Below the pieces are notes generated by a model. The model was not told where the DNA came from and did no database searches. It saw only the letters and a program-made list of their open reading frames with translations. From IMG/VR virus record IMGVR_UViG_3300020050_017898: a DNA stretch of 64,000 nt. One strand, given 5' to 3'. A program made the translations under genes and the position numbers. Below are positions 19,230-28,550 of this stretch, one piece after another (position 1 is the first letter of the stretch; the number at the start of each line of letters is the position of its first letter). This stretch comes from an uncultured virus (IMG/VR IMGVR_UViG_3300020050_017898) (lineage: Duplodnaviria; Heunggongvirae; Uroviricota; Caudoviricetes).

Positions 19230-19637
19230 TTATTCTTTTACTTTTCTAAATCCTGCCCTTGGCTTCTTGGTTGGTGTAACTGAAGATGCCTCAGCAGTTT
19301 TACCCGATTCATCCTTTGCAGTAGAAGGTAGTTCGCAAACCTTAACATATCCTGGATCACTATGATTTAAAAAAACTTTATGATCAGATTCATGTTGATC
19401 GATGAGAGTTTTTAACTCCGCTTCAACTTGAGCCATGGTTTTTTGTTCTTTTATTTCATCAATAAAAATCATAAACTTATCATCTGTGATGAGATCAACA
19501 ATTTTATTGTCTACAACTGATCGTAATCTAGAGGCTTTATAAGCCTTGCTTTTGTCTAGACTATCTTTCTCGGCACAAGTAGAAAGAAATTCTGATATTT
19601 TAATCAATGAAGATACATCTTGGATGTAATTACTCAT
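19230..19637 (-). CDS. Hypothetical protein
   Basis: 135-aa ORF in operon. Confidence 0.7.
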   Translation of the reverse strand: MSNYIQDVSSLIKISEFLSTCAEKDSLDKSKAYKASRLRSVVDNKIVDLITDDKFMIFIDEIKEQKTMAQVEAELKTLIDQHESDHKVFLNHSDPGYVKVCELPSTAKDESGKTAEASSVTPTKKPRAGFRKVKE

Positions 19638-19878
19638 TTACAAAATCTTTCTCGGTTACCTGGACTTGACCAACACCTCTGGTAATTGATCCGTCAGGTT
19701 GAACAGCATCATTCTCAGTTAGATGATATTTTTCCTGAATCTTTTTAATAAGATCACGATACTCATTTGAGGCTACTGTAGTTTCAAGCATAGCTTTTTG
19801 AGCTACAGTACGAGCGAGCTCGACTTTAGTTTTGAGTAGTTCTACATGCAGCTGATCTTGTTCTGATATTTTATCCAT
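19630..19878 (-). CDS. Small coiled-coil hypothetical protein
   Basis: 82-aa ORF, AAGGA SD. Confidence 0.7.
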   Translation of the reverse strand: MDKISEQDQLHVELLKTKVELARTVAQKAMLETTVASNEYRDLIKKIQEKYHLTENDAVQPDGSITRGVGQVQVTEKDFVNE

Positions 19879-19886
19879 AATCTTCC

Positions 19887-20702
19887 TTAGAAATATATTT
19901 TTTTATTAAAATTGCTATCAACATCTGGATGATGTGTTACTACTAATAGATGATCCTCATGTATCTGAACTGTATGTTCAAAGTGAGCACATCTAGTACT
20001 CATATTAACCGTCCATTTGTCTTTGTCAAGTGAAAAAGTTCCAGAGTTTTTGTGAACTAATGGCTCAATAGCAAAAGTCATATTAGCTTGAATATGTATC
20101 CCATTAGTTCTAGTATCTTTATTAGCTACAAAAGGAAATTCATGTGGAGAATTATAACCAATTCCATGTCCACCCATAGATGTTACCACATGATAGTTTT
20201 TCATGGTAATATAATTATTAATAGCTTCGCCAATAATTCCAATTCGATCATTAATATTAATAGCTTTAATGCCGCTGTATAAACTTTGTTGAGTATAATA
20301 AATCAACTCTTGATCACTATCACTTGGTTCAGCTGATACTGTTACAGCTGAATCTACAATGCTACGATTCACTGTAACTCCAAAATCTAAAGTAACTAAA
20401 TCTGTACTAACTGGAGTAATATTTTTAGGAATGCCATGAACTAATTCATTGTTTATACTTATGCAAACTGCTTCTGGAAAGTTCTTATAATTTTTAAAAG
20501 TAGGAATTGCATTATACTTTAAAATATTTTGTTCAGCAAAACGACTTAGCTCTAAATATGAAGCAAATGATTGAGAATTAACTTTTTCAATCATTTGCTT
20601 CATAGTGTCAGTTAGAATTTTACCAGCTTCTTCTTGATCTTTGAAATAATTACTATCTTTTAGAGTAGCAATGTGGCTGGCATATTGGCTAGTAGCTTTC
20701 AT
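19887..20702 (-). CDS. map: Methionine aminopeptidase type I
   Basis: CISINNELVHGIP; metal ligands LDFG, VDSA, GHGIG, AIEP, HFEHT. Confidence 0.95.
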   Translation of the reverse strand: MKATSQYASHIATLKDSNYFKDQEEAGKILTDTMKQMIEKVNSQSFASYLELSRFAEQNILKYNAIPTFKNYKNFPEAVCISINNELVHGIPKNITPVSTDLVTLDFGVTVNRSIVDSAVTVSAEPSDSDQELIYYTQQSLYSGIKAININDRIGIIGEAINNYITMKNYHVVTSMGGHGIGYNSPHEFPFVANKDTRTNGIHIQANMTFAIEPLVHKNSGTFSLDKDKWTVNMSTRCAHFEHTVQIHEDHLLVVTHHPDVDSNFNKKIYF

Positions 20703-20721
20703 GCTACCTATATATCAGGCT

Positions 20722-23310
20722 TCAGAGATAAAGGGCTGCTTCTTTAGCAAGTGCAGAGCGCTGACCTTCAATTAAGGTCACATGACCTGCTAACTTTGAA
20801 TCTTTAAAATGATCAATAATATGAATCAAAGCATTATTAGTAGCATCAAGATTATGACTATCAATTTGCTCTAAGTCACCTGTACAAACTATTTTAGTAT
20901 TATCTCCAACACGTGTTAATAGTGTTTTAGCATCTTCTTTGGTAAGATTCTGTATTTCATCAATTAAAATAATAGCATTAGAAATTGATCTGCCACGAAC
21001 GAAAGTAATTGGAGAGAATTCAATAATGCCTTTTTCCTGCCAGGCTTTTAATTCTTCCTTCCAACGATTAGATACTGGTGATCCACCTTTGCCAGCACGT
21101 TTACTTTTCTTTGAAAGAAGAACTTCAAAACTATCCAAAATAGCACCGAAATTTTGTTCAATTTTTTCTTCCATAGTGTTGTGAGTAACAGTAAAATCAT
21201 TGGTGATATAAAGATGCTCAGGATTTTCAACACGAATACACTGCACTTCTTTTTCGCCTACTAATTCAATACTGGAGATACCATTGTAATGCATGTAAGC
21301 GCATTTGTGGTGTTTAGATTTTCTCTCACAATGAAAAGGATTTATAGTTTCAGGAAGACAAATATTAAATTCATATGAGATTCTTCTAGAAGTAATTAAT
21401 CTACCATTAGCTAGCTTAGCTTCTTTATTAATTCTGTTTCTAGATTTAATATTAGCTTTTCCTCCAAGAGATTTAGTTATCTCAACTATATCATTAGCTA
21501 ACTGAAGTGAAGTAGTAGTAAAGCTAGCTTCTCCATTTTTCTTAATGGTACCATCAGTATCCATTAGACCTCGAATTAAATCGATACGATCTGAAACCGA
21601 AGCTGTTTTATACATTTGAGGGATAAATTTGTCTTGAGCATGTTTGCCAATAAGACCGAGTTTATGAAGTTCTTCTTTGATTGGATTTTGCCAGGTTTTG
21701 TGAGAAACCATAAATTCATATTTAACATTATTTATTGTAGCGCCTGTTCGACAGCGAGATTTTAATGTATTAATCTTAATACCAAAATCTTTATGTGCTA
21801 ATCCTATACTATCGTAAATCTTAAATGAATTATCAATTAAATTAGTTATCTTAACTCTGCGTGTAGTTTTGGTACTACAAGCATCATTAGAAACTATATT
21901 ATAAGTAATAGTTTTATCGTTATGAGTCAGATTACAATTAAATTGTTTAACTTGTTCTGAAACTTTTTCAACTATATCTAGATCAACATTAGTTAAACAA
22001 ATATTATTACTAATACTACCATCTCCTAAAAGAGCGCCCATAAGATAAGCAGGAACAGGAAGATCTGCTTGTTTATTATATTCTACTGTTTCATTTCGAG
22101 GAAGATAATGATTAATTTTGCCTTTTGAAGTCTTCATCGTTTCCATAATTTCTTTGGTAGATTTGACTTTACCCGGCTTGCCGCGTTTTTTCTGTTCCCA
22201 TGTTTTGGTTTCCCATAGATGATCTTCACAGCATTCCACTGTTCCACCATCAGTGGTAGTTACCTTATAGACAGCTTTTTTACCTTTAGGAAAAACACCT
22301 ATGACTTTAGTAGCTTTACCATCACGGGAAATTACTTCAGAGCCTACTTTAATTTCCCCCATTGTACTCCAACCATCAGGAGTTAAAACTTTGGCATCCA
22401 AAGGTTGAGGACCTGGAAGAAATCCAATATCCTGTCCAGCAATAACATTCATCGGACGATAAATAATAAGCTTTTGATATTCTCCTCTTTCAATTACTAA
22501 TTCCAAAGCCGAAGCAATAGCAATTAAACTTTTACCAGTTCCTGGCATTCCAGAAAGTGTAACTAGTGGAACAAGTTTATCTAGAATAAGATTCATTGAA
22601 AGATTCTGTTCAGTATTTTTAGGAGTAATACCAAAACACATTTTTTGTTTTACTAATTCCAAACTATCTTCATCATAAAGCCGAGCAAGTGCTTGGGTTT
22701 CTCCTAAACCATTCTTAAATATCACGCCCTCATTTGGATGAAGATCATGAATATCAAAGTTTCTGGGATCAACATAACCTTCATTGACAACTTTTTCAAG
22801 CATCAAACTATCATTGATAACTCGATAACCAGGATAGGTCTCAATATGATTGCCTTCAGCAGAAGCCTTATTGTAACCAGTACAAACTATTTTATGAGCT
22901 TTGGCTCGAACCCTCATATTAACATCGTTGGTTAATAGGGTGCAATCCATTTTAAGAACATTAGTATAATGATTAGCTAAAGCAATAATTCTGACATCAC
23001 CATATAACGGAGCACCAAATGCTTTGGTATCATAGCTAACAATATCTACTATTAGAGTATTATCACCATCTAATTCAATTCCTTCATGAATTAAACCCTC
23101 GTCAGAAAGCTTATCTAAGCTTCGAACACTGAGACGAGCCTTCTTTCCAGTTTCACCTGGTTGCTTTTTTAATTTATCCAACTCATCTAAAACTGTAACA
23201 GGAAGAACAATATTGCAATTTTCAAAACCACGATCTTTCAAATTAGAAAGAAGCATCGGGTCATCAATTAACACATTTGTATCTAGAATATAGGTTTTTT
23301 TATTTGTCAT
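20722..23310 (-). CDS. phoH: PIN-domain PhoH ATPase with intein
   Basis: YILDTNVL PIN; GMPGTGKS Walker A; GFLPG|TMEEK split by intein; RGRS, IDEIQN, GDLEQID. Confidence 0.93.
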   Translation of the reverse strand: MTNKKTYILDTNVLIDDPMLLSNLKDRGFENCNIVLPVTVLDELDKLKKQPGETGKKARLSVRSLDKLSDEGLIHEGIELDGDNTLIVDIVSYDTKAFGAPLYGDVRIIALANHYTNVLKMDCTLLTNDVNMRVRAKAHKIVCTGYNKASAEGNHIETYPGYRVINDSLMLEKVVNEGYVDPRNFDIHDLHPNEGVIFKNGLGETQALARLYDEDSLELVKQKMCFGITPKNTEQNLSMNLILDKLVPLVTLSGMPGTGKSLIAIASALELVIERGEYQKLIIYRPMNVIAGQDIGFLPGPQPLDAKVLTPDGWSTMGEIKVGSEVISRDGKATKVIGVFPKGKKAVYKVTTTDGGTVECCEDHLWETKTWEQKKRGKPGKVKSTKEIMETMKTSKGKINHYLPRNETVEYNKQADLPVPAYLMGALLGDGSISNNICLTNVDLDIVEKVSEQVKQFNCNLTHNDKTITYNIVSNDACSTKTTRRVKITNLIDNSFKIYDSIGLAHKDFGIKINTLKSRCRTGATINNVKYEFMVSHKTWQNPIKEELHKLGLIGKHAQDKFIPQMYKTASVSDRIDLIRGLMDTDGTIKKNGEASFTTTSLQLANDIVEITKSLGGKANIKSRNRINKEAKLANGRLITSRRISYEFNICLPETINPFHCERKSKHHKCAYMHYNGISSIELVGEKEVQCIRVENPEHLYITNDFTVTHNTMEEKIEQNFGAILDSFEVLLSKKSKRAGKGGSPVSNRWKEELKAWQEKGIIEFSPITFVRGRSISNAIILIDEIQNLTKEDAKTLLTRVGDNTKIVCTGDLEQIDSHNLDATNNALIHIIDHFKDSKLAGHVTLIEGQRSALAKEAALYL
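21178..22410 (-). mobile_element. Class 3 intein (Pro1) with LAGLIDADG HEN, 411 aa
   Basis: Starts PQPLDAKVLTPDG, ends VTHN|T; HLW, VQCI, THN (WCT triplet); ALLGDG and GLMDTDG. Confidence 0.92.
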
Positions 23311-23671
23311 TTGTCTCTCGGTGGTACTGACTCCAATAACTAACTGTCATTTCGAGATAAAACTGCTTATCTCTACTAATCGAAGAGAAGTCTCTCTTCA
23401 AAACATAGGTAGGTTTGTTCCACTTAGCAATTTGTTCTTTTTTAAAGAATATCTCCAAGTTGCCGTCATCTTCTTCAATTATTTCAATATTGTTTTTATT
23501 TAATAAATCAACCAGCGTTAACTTCTGAACAGGAGTTAAAATGGTTTCATTCCAAATTTCACTAATAGGTAGTCCAACAGCTTCTAATACTTCATATACA
23601 AATTTATAACGAAATTCTTGTTCTACCATGCGAGTGTTTTCACGGTGGCTGAGTAAGATAACGTTTTTCAT
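23300..23671 (-). CDS. Hypothetical protein
   Basis: ORF overlapping phoH start. Confidence 0.75.
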   Translation of the reverse strand: MKNVILLSHRENTRMVEQEFRYKFVYEVLEAVGLPISEIWNETILTPVQKLTLVDLLNKNNIEIIEEDDGNLEIFFKKEQIAKWNKPTYVLKRDFSSISRDKQFYLEMTVSYWSQYHRETNDK

Positions 23672-23689
23672 AGACACTAAAATAACTTT

Positions 23690-24088
23690 TTAGCCCATCA
23701 ATCTTTTAACTATTTTATCTAATTCTGATAGTAAATTATATTTAGGCTTTTCTTGTTTAAGAACAGGTAATGCTTCGGTATTAGGAGTTTTTGTTTGCTG
23801 ATCTAAAGATTTAGGTATTAACTTTTCTTCTTTGCTAACATAGACTGTTACCCCTTTATGCCAACCATTTGGACCATTTTTATATCCAGGAGGATGATAG
23901 TGCGGCTCTACTCTAGCAAAATAACTTATTCCCAGAATTTCAAATCGAAATTCATCTCCCATATTATTTTTTAATAATTCTTTTGCTTTAGCAGCTACTG
24001 CTGCTGTAGGATTTTTTAATGTAGTATATCCTGCTGGAGCACCGCTTTTAAAGCGCTTAAGATTATCAGGCATATAAGGAATGGTCAT
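23690..24088 (-). CDS. Hypothetical protein with EPHYH...GWHKGVTVY His motif
   Basis: 132-aa ORF. Confidence 0.7.
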   Translation of the reverse strand: MTIPYMPDNLKRFKSGAPAGYTTLKNPTAAVAAKAKELLKNNMGDEFRFEILGISYFARVEPHYHPPGYKNGPNGWHKGVTVYVSKEEKLIPKSLDQQTKTPNTEALPVLKQEKPKYNLLSELDKIVKRLMG

Positions 24089-24098
24089 AGCTATATAT

Positions 24099-24659
24099 TT
24101 ACTTATTAGATTGTTGAACTGATAACACAGATTCTACTAATTGAATTCGCTCCTGAATACTTCCAGTATGAATATCAAAATATCTGATTCCAAATAACTG
24201 AAGTAGCATTTTAATCATCGAATCAATGGCTATTACTCCTTCCCAATCTAAACTTTCACGAATACCATCCTGTTTTAACATATATTTGTGAGGTCTAACA
24301 AAGAAAACAAAGCTGTCTGGCTGTTTTAGCTTTTTAATATATTCCTTGCATTCATCAGAATGCACTAACTCATTAAATAATGAAGTATGTTGGGCAGTAT
24401 AAGCTAAAGCATCAATTAATGATCTATCACTTACAAAGTTTTGTTCCTTTTGCTCCTCTTTTATCTGGCGAAGAAATATTTCTTTTTGAAATTGATTAAT
24501 TAATTCAAAATTGGCTCGTAGTGAATCTAGGGGAATTTCTTTTTCTGCTAAAATCTGCCTTGCCACCTCAAAAAGCAATGGAGAATTAGTTTTATCACTA
24601 ATAAACCGAGCCAGAGTTGATTTACCACTAGATTGTGCACCTGTAAAATATACTTTCAT
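24099..24659 (-). CDS. P-loop nucleotide kinase (AAA_28/NadR-like)
   Basis: GAQSSGKST, EVAR, SDRSLID, DGIR. Confidence 0.85.
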   Translation of the reverse strand: MKVYFTGAQSSGKSTLARFISDKTNSPLLFEVARQILAEKEIPLDSLRANFELINQFQKEIFLRQIKEEQKEQNFVSDRSLIDALAYTAQHTSLFNELVHSDECKEYIKKLKQPDSFVFFVRPHKYMLKQDGIRESLDWEGVIAIDSMIKMLLQLFGIRYFDIHTGSIQERIQLVESVLSVQQSNK

Positions 24660-24680
24660 AATCTTTCCTAATATAAAATA

Positions 24681-24702
24681 TGGGGGAGGCTTCCCTCCCC
24701 CA
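24681..24702 (-). terminator. Intrinsic terminator after nrd operon
   Basis: TGGGGGAGG-CTTC-CCTCCCCCA 9-bp stem followed by TATTTT on minus strand. Confidence 0.8.
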
Positions 24703-24711
24703 AAAGTTAAT

Positions 24712-24900
24712 TTACTGCAATAAAAACAACATCGATGGATCTTTTACCAGTAGCTTATATTCTGCCGGAGTTAATTCTACTGTAGAAATCAATAACACAT
24801 TTTCTGCATAATCTTTGCTTGCCATGGTTAATTTGATTTTGTCAGTAACACTATCATATGTTAATTCAATATAACTATCATCTGAATATTCTATTTTCAT
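24712..24900 (-). CDS. Small hypothetical protein
   Basis: 62 aa, ATGA-coupled to nrdA. Confidence 0.65.
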   Translation of the reverse strand: MKIEYSDDSYIELTYDSVTDKIKLTMASKDYAENVLLISTVELTPAEYKLLVKDPSMLFLLQ

Positions 24901-27545
24901 GCTTCACACGCCTTGCATTCATCTGCTGATCTACTTGCTAGATCGCCTTTTAACACACCTTCACTTCGACAATAATATAAAGTCTTTAATCCACCTTCCC
25001 ATGCTGCTAAATGAACTTCATGGATGTATTTAGCAGATGAGTTGCTGGCAAAGAAAAGATTAACTGACTGAGCCTGATCAACCCACTTCTGACGCTGAAT
25101 GGCTAACTTAACAATAGCATGTTGATTAATTTCTCTAGCAGTTAGAAATATTTCTTTTTCTTCTTTAGAAAGAAAACTTAGATGTTGTACACTTCCATTT
25201 TGTTCATTAATAGATTTCCATACCTCAGGTAGATTCTTATTTTTAGTTTCTAATAGCCTTTCTAGTGTGGGGTTCTTTTTAATAAAAGTTCCTTTAGCTG
25301 ATTTCTGAGTAAAGATATTAGCAGCAATTGGTTCAATGCCTGCTGAATATCCACCAGAAATAGTTGAATTAGAAACCGTGGGAGCAACAGCACATTGTTT
25401 AGTTTTTACGCCATTAAATAATGCCGTACCTCTTTTTTCTTCAGTTAAACAATAAGTCTCAGAATTAGCTATTTTCTCGATTTTAGTAATTTTTACAAAA
25501 TGTTGTTTATTTATTTTTGCCACAGGCAATGAAATTCTTTGAGTATTAAAACCTAATTCTTTTAATTTAACGATGTCAGAATGTGTAATATACAGATTCC
25601 AATAGTATTCATTAGATGTTGGGTATCCTCCTGACCGTTTAACTTTTGAAATTTTAGCCAAAACACCAGTATATGCTAACATATCTTTTATCTGTTTTAG
25701 AAAATCTAATTTTGAAGATGTGAGAGCACCCATATCACAACCATCAGCATCATAAAGACCAGCTAACCATTCTAATCTTGATTTGACAGTATTATTTATA
25801 GTGGGTACTACAAATTTCCCTGGCATATCATCTGGTACATAAAATCTAAGTGATCCATCTTTTTGAGTTCTGATAGAACAATTTTCTTTTACTTCCAGCA
25901 TAGTTAGGCATTTCTTATCTTCATTGTAAAGTCTCACTTCTTTTCTAACTTTACAATTTTTATATTGAGGCTTTGATTGATTATCACTACCATCGCCACA
26001 ATAAAAACCATGTGTATAAGCATGAGGAAATTCTTCTGAACCTTCAATTACTGGGAGTTCCCATTTTTCTAATTTATCACCAATTTGTAAATCTTTTGCT
26101 TCTACAACTTTTGATTTGGCAAATCTATTATTTTTAATAAGCCACTGATGATATTTAGTAGTTTTTAAAACTGATCCATCAGAAAGAGTAAATTCTAACA
26201 TTTCTGAATCGTCACTTGTTTTATACGGTTTAACCATTGACCACTCATGACCATTCCAAATTTCTAATTCACTATTAGAATCTGCTAATTCCTTAATCTC
26301 TTTGAATCCTTCTTTAGTTAGGAGCGTGGTTTTAGGATCAACGCAAAGGTGCGTGTTTCTGCGATTAAATCCCTTACACCATTCCGGTTCTCCTAATTCT
26401 TCAGCTAATATTTTAGTTTCTTCTTCAGCTTTGGCGCGGATGTTCTTGAAGATCTCAGCGTTGAGCATCATTGTGTCGAAGCTGTCAAAGGGTAGGTTTC
26501 TTTCCTGGAGCAAGGTATGCCAACCTAGCACGCCGATGCCGATTGCCCTACCTTTGATTGCTGAACGGCGAGAGTCCTGCAAACCATTCATATTTTCAGT
26601 TTTCTGAATGTATTCTTCTAATACTGCATCTAAAAATCTAACAGCAACATTGACAGTGTCAGTGTCTTTCCATTCATCCCAACGAACAAGGTTTAGGGAT
26701 GAAAGACAGCAAACGAATGTATGTTCAGGGTCTGTATATAAAACTATCTCTGAACAGATATTTGAAGTTTTAACAGTTAAATTATTTTGCTTATAACATT
26801 CTGGACTGTTATTATTAACATGATCGGTGAAGAACATATAAGGCTCTCCAGTTTCGACTCGGTTTAAAAGTAAAATTTCCCAAATTTTGCGCTTTTCTTT
26901 ATCACCAGCTAACATGGATTTCATCCAATCGTCTGTAATACAGACACCATGATTAAGATTCATACAACGACGATTAGCATCACCGGTTGGTCTTCTCATA
27001 TTAAGAAATTCATCAATATCGCCATGATCTATAGGCAAATAGACTGCTGCGGCGCCTTTTCTTGTACCACCTTGCGAGGTGGCAACAACCGAAGAATCAT
27101 ATACTTTAGCCCAAGGAATTATACCTTCGGATTTATCAGTATTTTTAATTTTTTCTCCTCGGGCGCGAATATCTCCCATATATATTCCAACTCCTGCGCC
27201 ATGCTTGGAAAGCATAGCTAATTCATGATTTTTCATAAAAATAGAATCTACACTATCACCAATTGACAAACTGTTGCAACTAATTGGTAACCCTCTATTA
27301 GCATTAAAATTACTACAAATGGGCGAAGCAGGACAAAGCCAATTTTTCCACATTGCATTGAAGAATTTGTCTTCCCATTTAGGATCAGAATAATATTTTG
27401 CTGCGCCAGCAGCCAATCTCTTATACATGGATTTAGGAGTTTCATCTGGTAAAAGATATCCAGATGATAAAGTTCTAAATCCATTTTCATCCATCCATGA
27501 GGGCGCTTCACCATTTTTAATTAACTCATTTAATTTATTTTTCAT
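24897..27545 (-). CDS. nrdA: Class I ribonucleotide reductase large subunit (no ATP cone) with intein
   Basis: PISC, SNICSE, CCLSS, APTVSN, KTLYY, C-terminal CKAC. Confidence 0.96.
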   Translation of the reverse strand: MKNKLNELIKNGEAPSWMDENGFRTLSSGYLLPDETPKSMYKRLAAGAAKYYSDPKWEDKFFNAMWKNWLCPASPICSNFNANRGLPISCNSLSIGDSVDSIFMKNHELAMLSKHGAGVGIYMGDIRARGEKIKNTDKSEGIIPWAKVYDSSVVATSQGGTRKGAAAVYLPIDHGDIDEFLNMRRPTGDANRRCMNLNHGVCITDDWMKSMLAGDKEKRKIWEILLLNRVETGEPYMFFTDHVNNNSPECYKQNNLTVKTSNICSEIVLYTDPEHTFVCCLSSLNLVRWDEWKDTDTVNVAVRFLDAVLEEYIQKTENMNGLQDSRRSAIKGRAIGIGVLGWHTLLQERNLPFDSFDTMMLNAEIFKNIRAKAEEETKILAEELGEPEWCKGFNRRNTHLCVDPKTTLLTKEGFKEIKELADSNSELEIWNGHEWSMVKPYKTSDDSEMLEFTLSDGSVLKTTKYHQWLIKNNRFAKSKVVEAKDLQIGDKLEKWELPVIEGSEEFPHAYTHGFYCGDGSDNQSKPQYKNCKVRKEVRLYNEDKKCLTMLEVKENCSIRTQKDGSLRFYVPDDMPGKFVVPTINNTVKSRLEWLAGLYDADGCDMGALTSSKLDFLKQIKDMLAYTGVLAKISKVKRSGGYPTSNEYYWNLYITHSDIVKLKELGFNTQRISLPVAKINKQHFVKITKIEKIANSETYCLTEEKRGTALFNGVKTKQCAVAPTVSNSTISGGYSAGIEPIAANIFTQKSAKGTFIKKNPTLERLLETKNKNLPEVWKSINEQNGSVQHLSFLSKEEKEIFLTAREINQHAIVKLAIQRQKWVDQAQSVNLFFASNSSAKYIHEVHLAAWEGGLKTLYYCRSEGVLKGDLASRSADECKACEA
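25395..26345 (-). mobile_element. Intein in NrdA, C-terminal Gln, LAGLIDADG HEN, 317 aa
   Basis: RNTHL|CVDPKT...TTKYHQW...GFYCGDG...AGLYDADG...TYC...GVKTKQ|CAVAPT. Confidence 0.9.
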
Positions 27546-28542
27546 TATTTTTATTCCATTGTACTATTTTAGAGTAAATTTGTTTAGTTTTTATAGCAAA
27601 ATCATAAATATCAGTATCGCCTTTTATATTGTTGCAATATTTACAGCAATTAATAACATTATCTATATCATATTGACCTGTACTATTAATTCTATCAATC
27701 CCCATTCTTTTTATGGAACATGGATTTTCACTATATCCATTGCGATAAGTTGGCGTACCTATTTCCATTAAACTCCTTTCACAATAAAAACATTCTGGAG
27801 AAAAAATAATTTTTTTTATTTGGTTTATAGTTAAATTGACTATATGATTTTCAGATTTAGACTTTGAAGCTATTGAGGTCGCGGCGCGAGTCTCTAATGA
27901 GACTTTAAAAGAGTTTTCACCAAAACAATTACAATTCTCAGTATGATTATAAATCAAATTAATATCAGTATCATAATTAAACCTGCTACCATTTGATAAT
28001 TTGAAAGCATTTATAGAAATTTTGTTATAATAATTTATAATAAAATCAATTGAAGAACTGTATTTAATTCTGTTACATGGAAAGCAACAAGGAACTACAT
28101 TACTAATGTAGTATCCGATCTGATTGTTAATCCTATCAAGTCCCAATGATTTTTTATATTCAGTTCCATTCAAATATAAAGATCCGTTTTTACCAACTTC
28201 ATTTGCAGGCTGGTTACAAAAGAAACAATTAGTAAAAACTTTTTCTTTTATATATTCAGGCGTTAGGTCTGAATTAGCGGTTTTTCTAATGGTGCTAGAA
28301 AATGTTTTCATTATAATATCATTTTCATGCCCTTTTGAATAGGTATCATGCAAATATTGTGATTTAAAACATCCACAACTCGACGTTTGTCCGCCCAAAT
28401 TATTAATAGTTACTTTAACTATTTTACCACAATCACATTGACATTCAACCAATAATTTATTATGATTGTTTCTTTCATTCAATAAATTTATTATTGTCAA
28501 TTTTTCAAATTTAAATCCTACTATAGCATCTTTAACTTGCAT
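27535..28542 (-). CDS. HNH homing endonuclease with two tandem HNH modules
   Basis: CFFC...GLDRINN..GY...NVVPCC..CN and CFYC...GIDRINS...Y...NVINCC..CN. Confidence 0.88.
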   Translation of the reverse strand: MQVKDAIVGFKFEKLTIINLLNERNNHNKLLVECQCDCGKIVKVTINNLGGQTSSCGCFKSQYLHDTYSKGHENDIIMKTFSSTIRKTANSDLTPEYIKEKVFTNCFFCNQPANEVGKNGSLYLNGTEYKKSLGLDRINNQIGYYISNVVPCCFPCNRIKYSSSIDFIINYYNKISINAFKLSNGSRFNYDTDINLIYNHTENCNCFGENSFKVSLETRAATSIASKSKSENHIVNLTINQIKKIIFSPECFYCERSLMEIGTPTYRNGYSENPCSIKRMGIDRINSTGQYDIDNVINCCKYCNNIKGDTDIYDFAIKTKQIYSKIVQWNKNNEK

Positions 28543-28550
28543 TTTAATAT

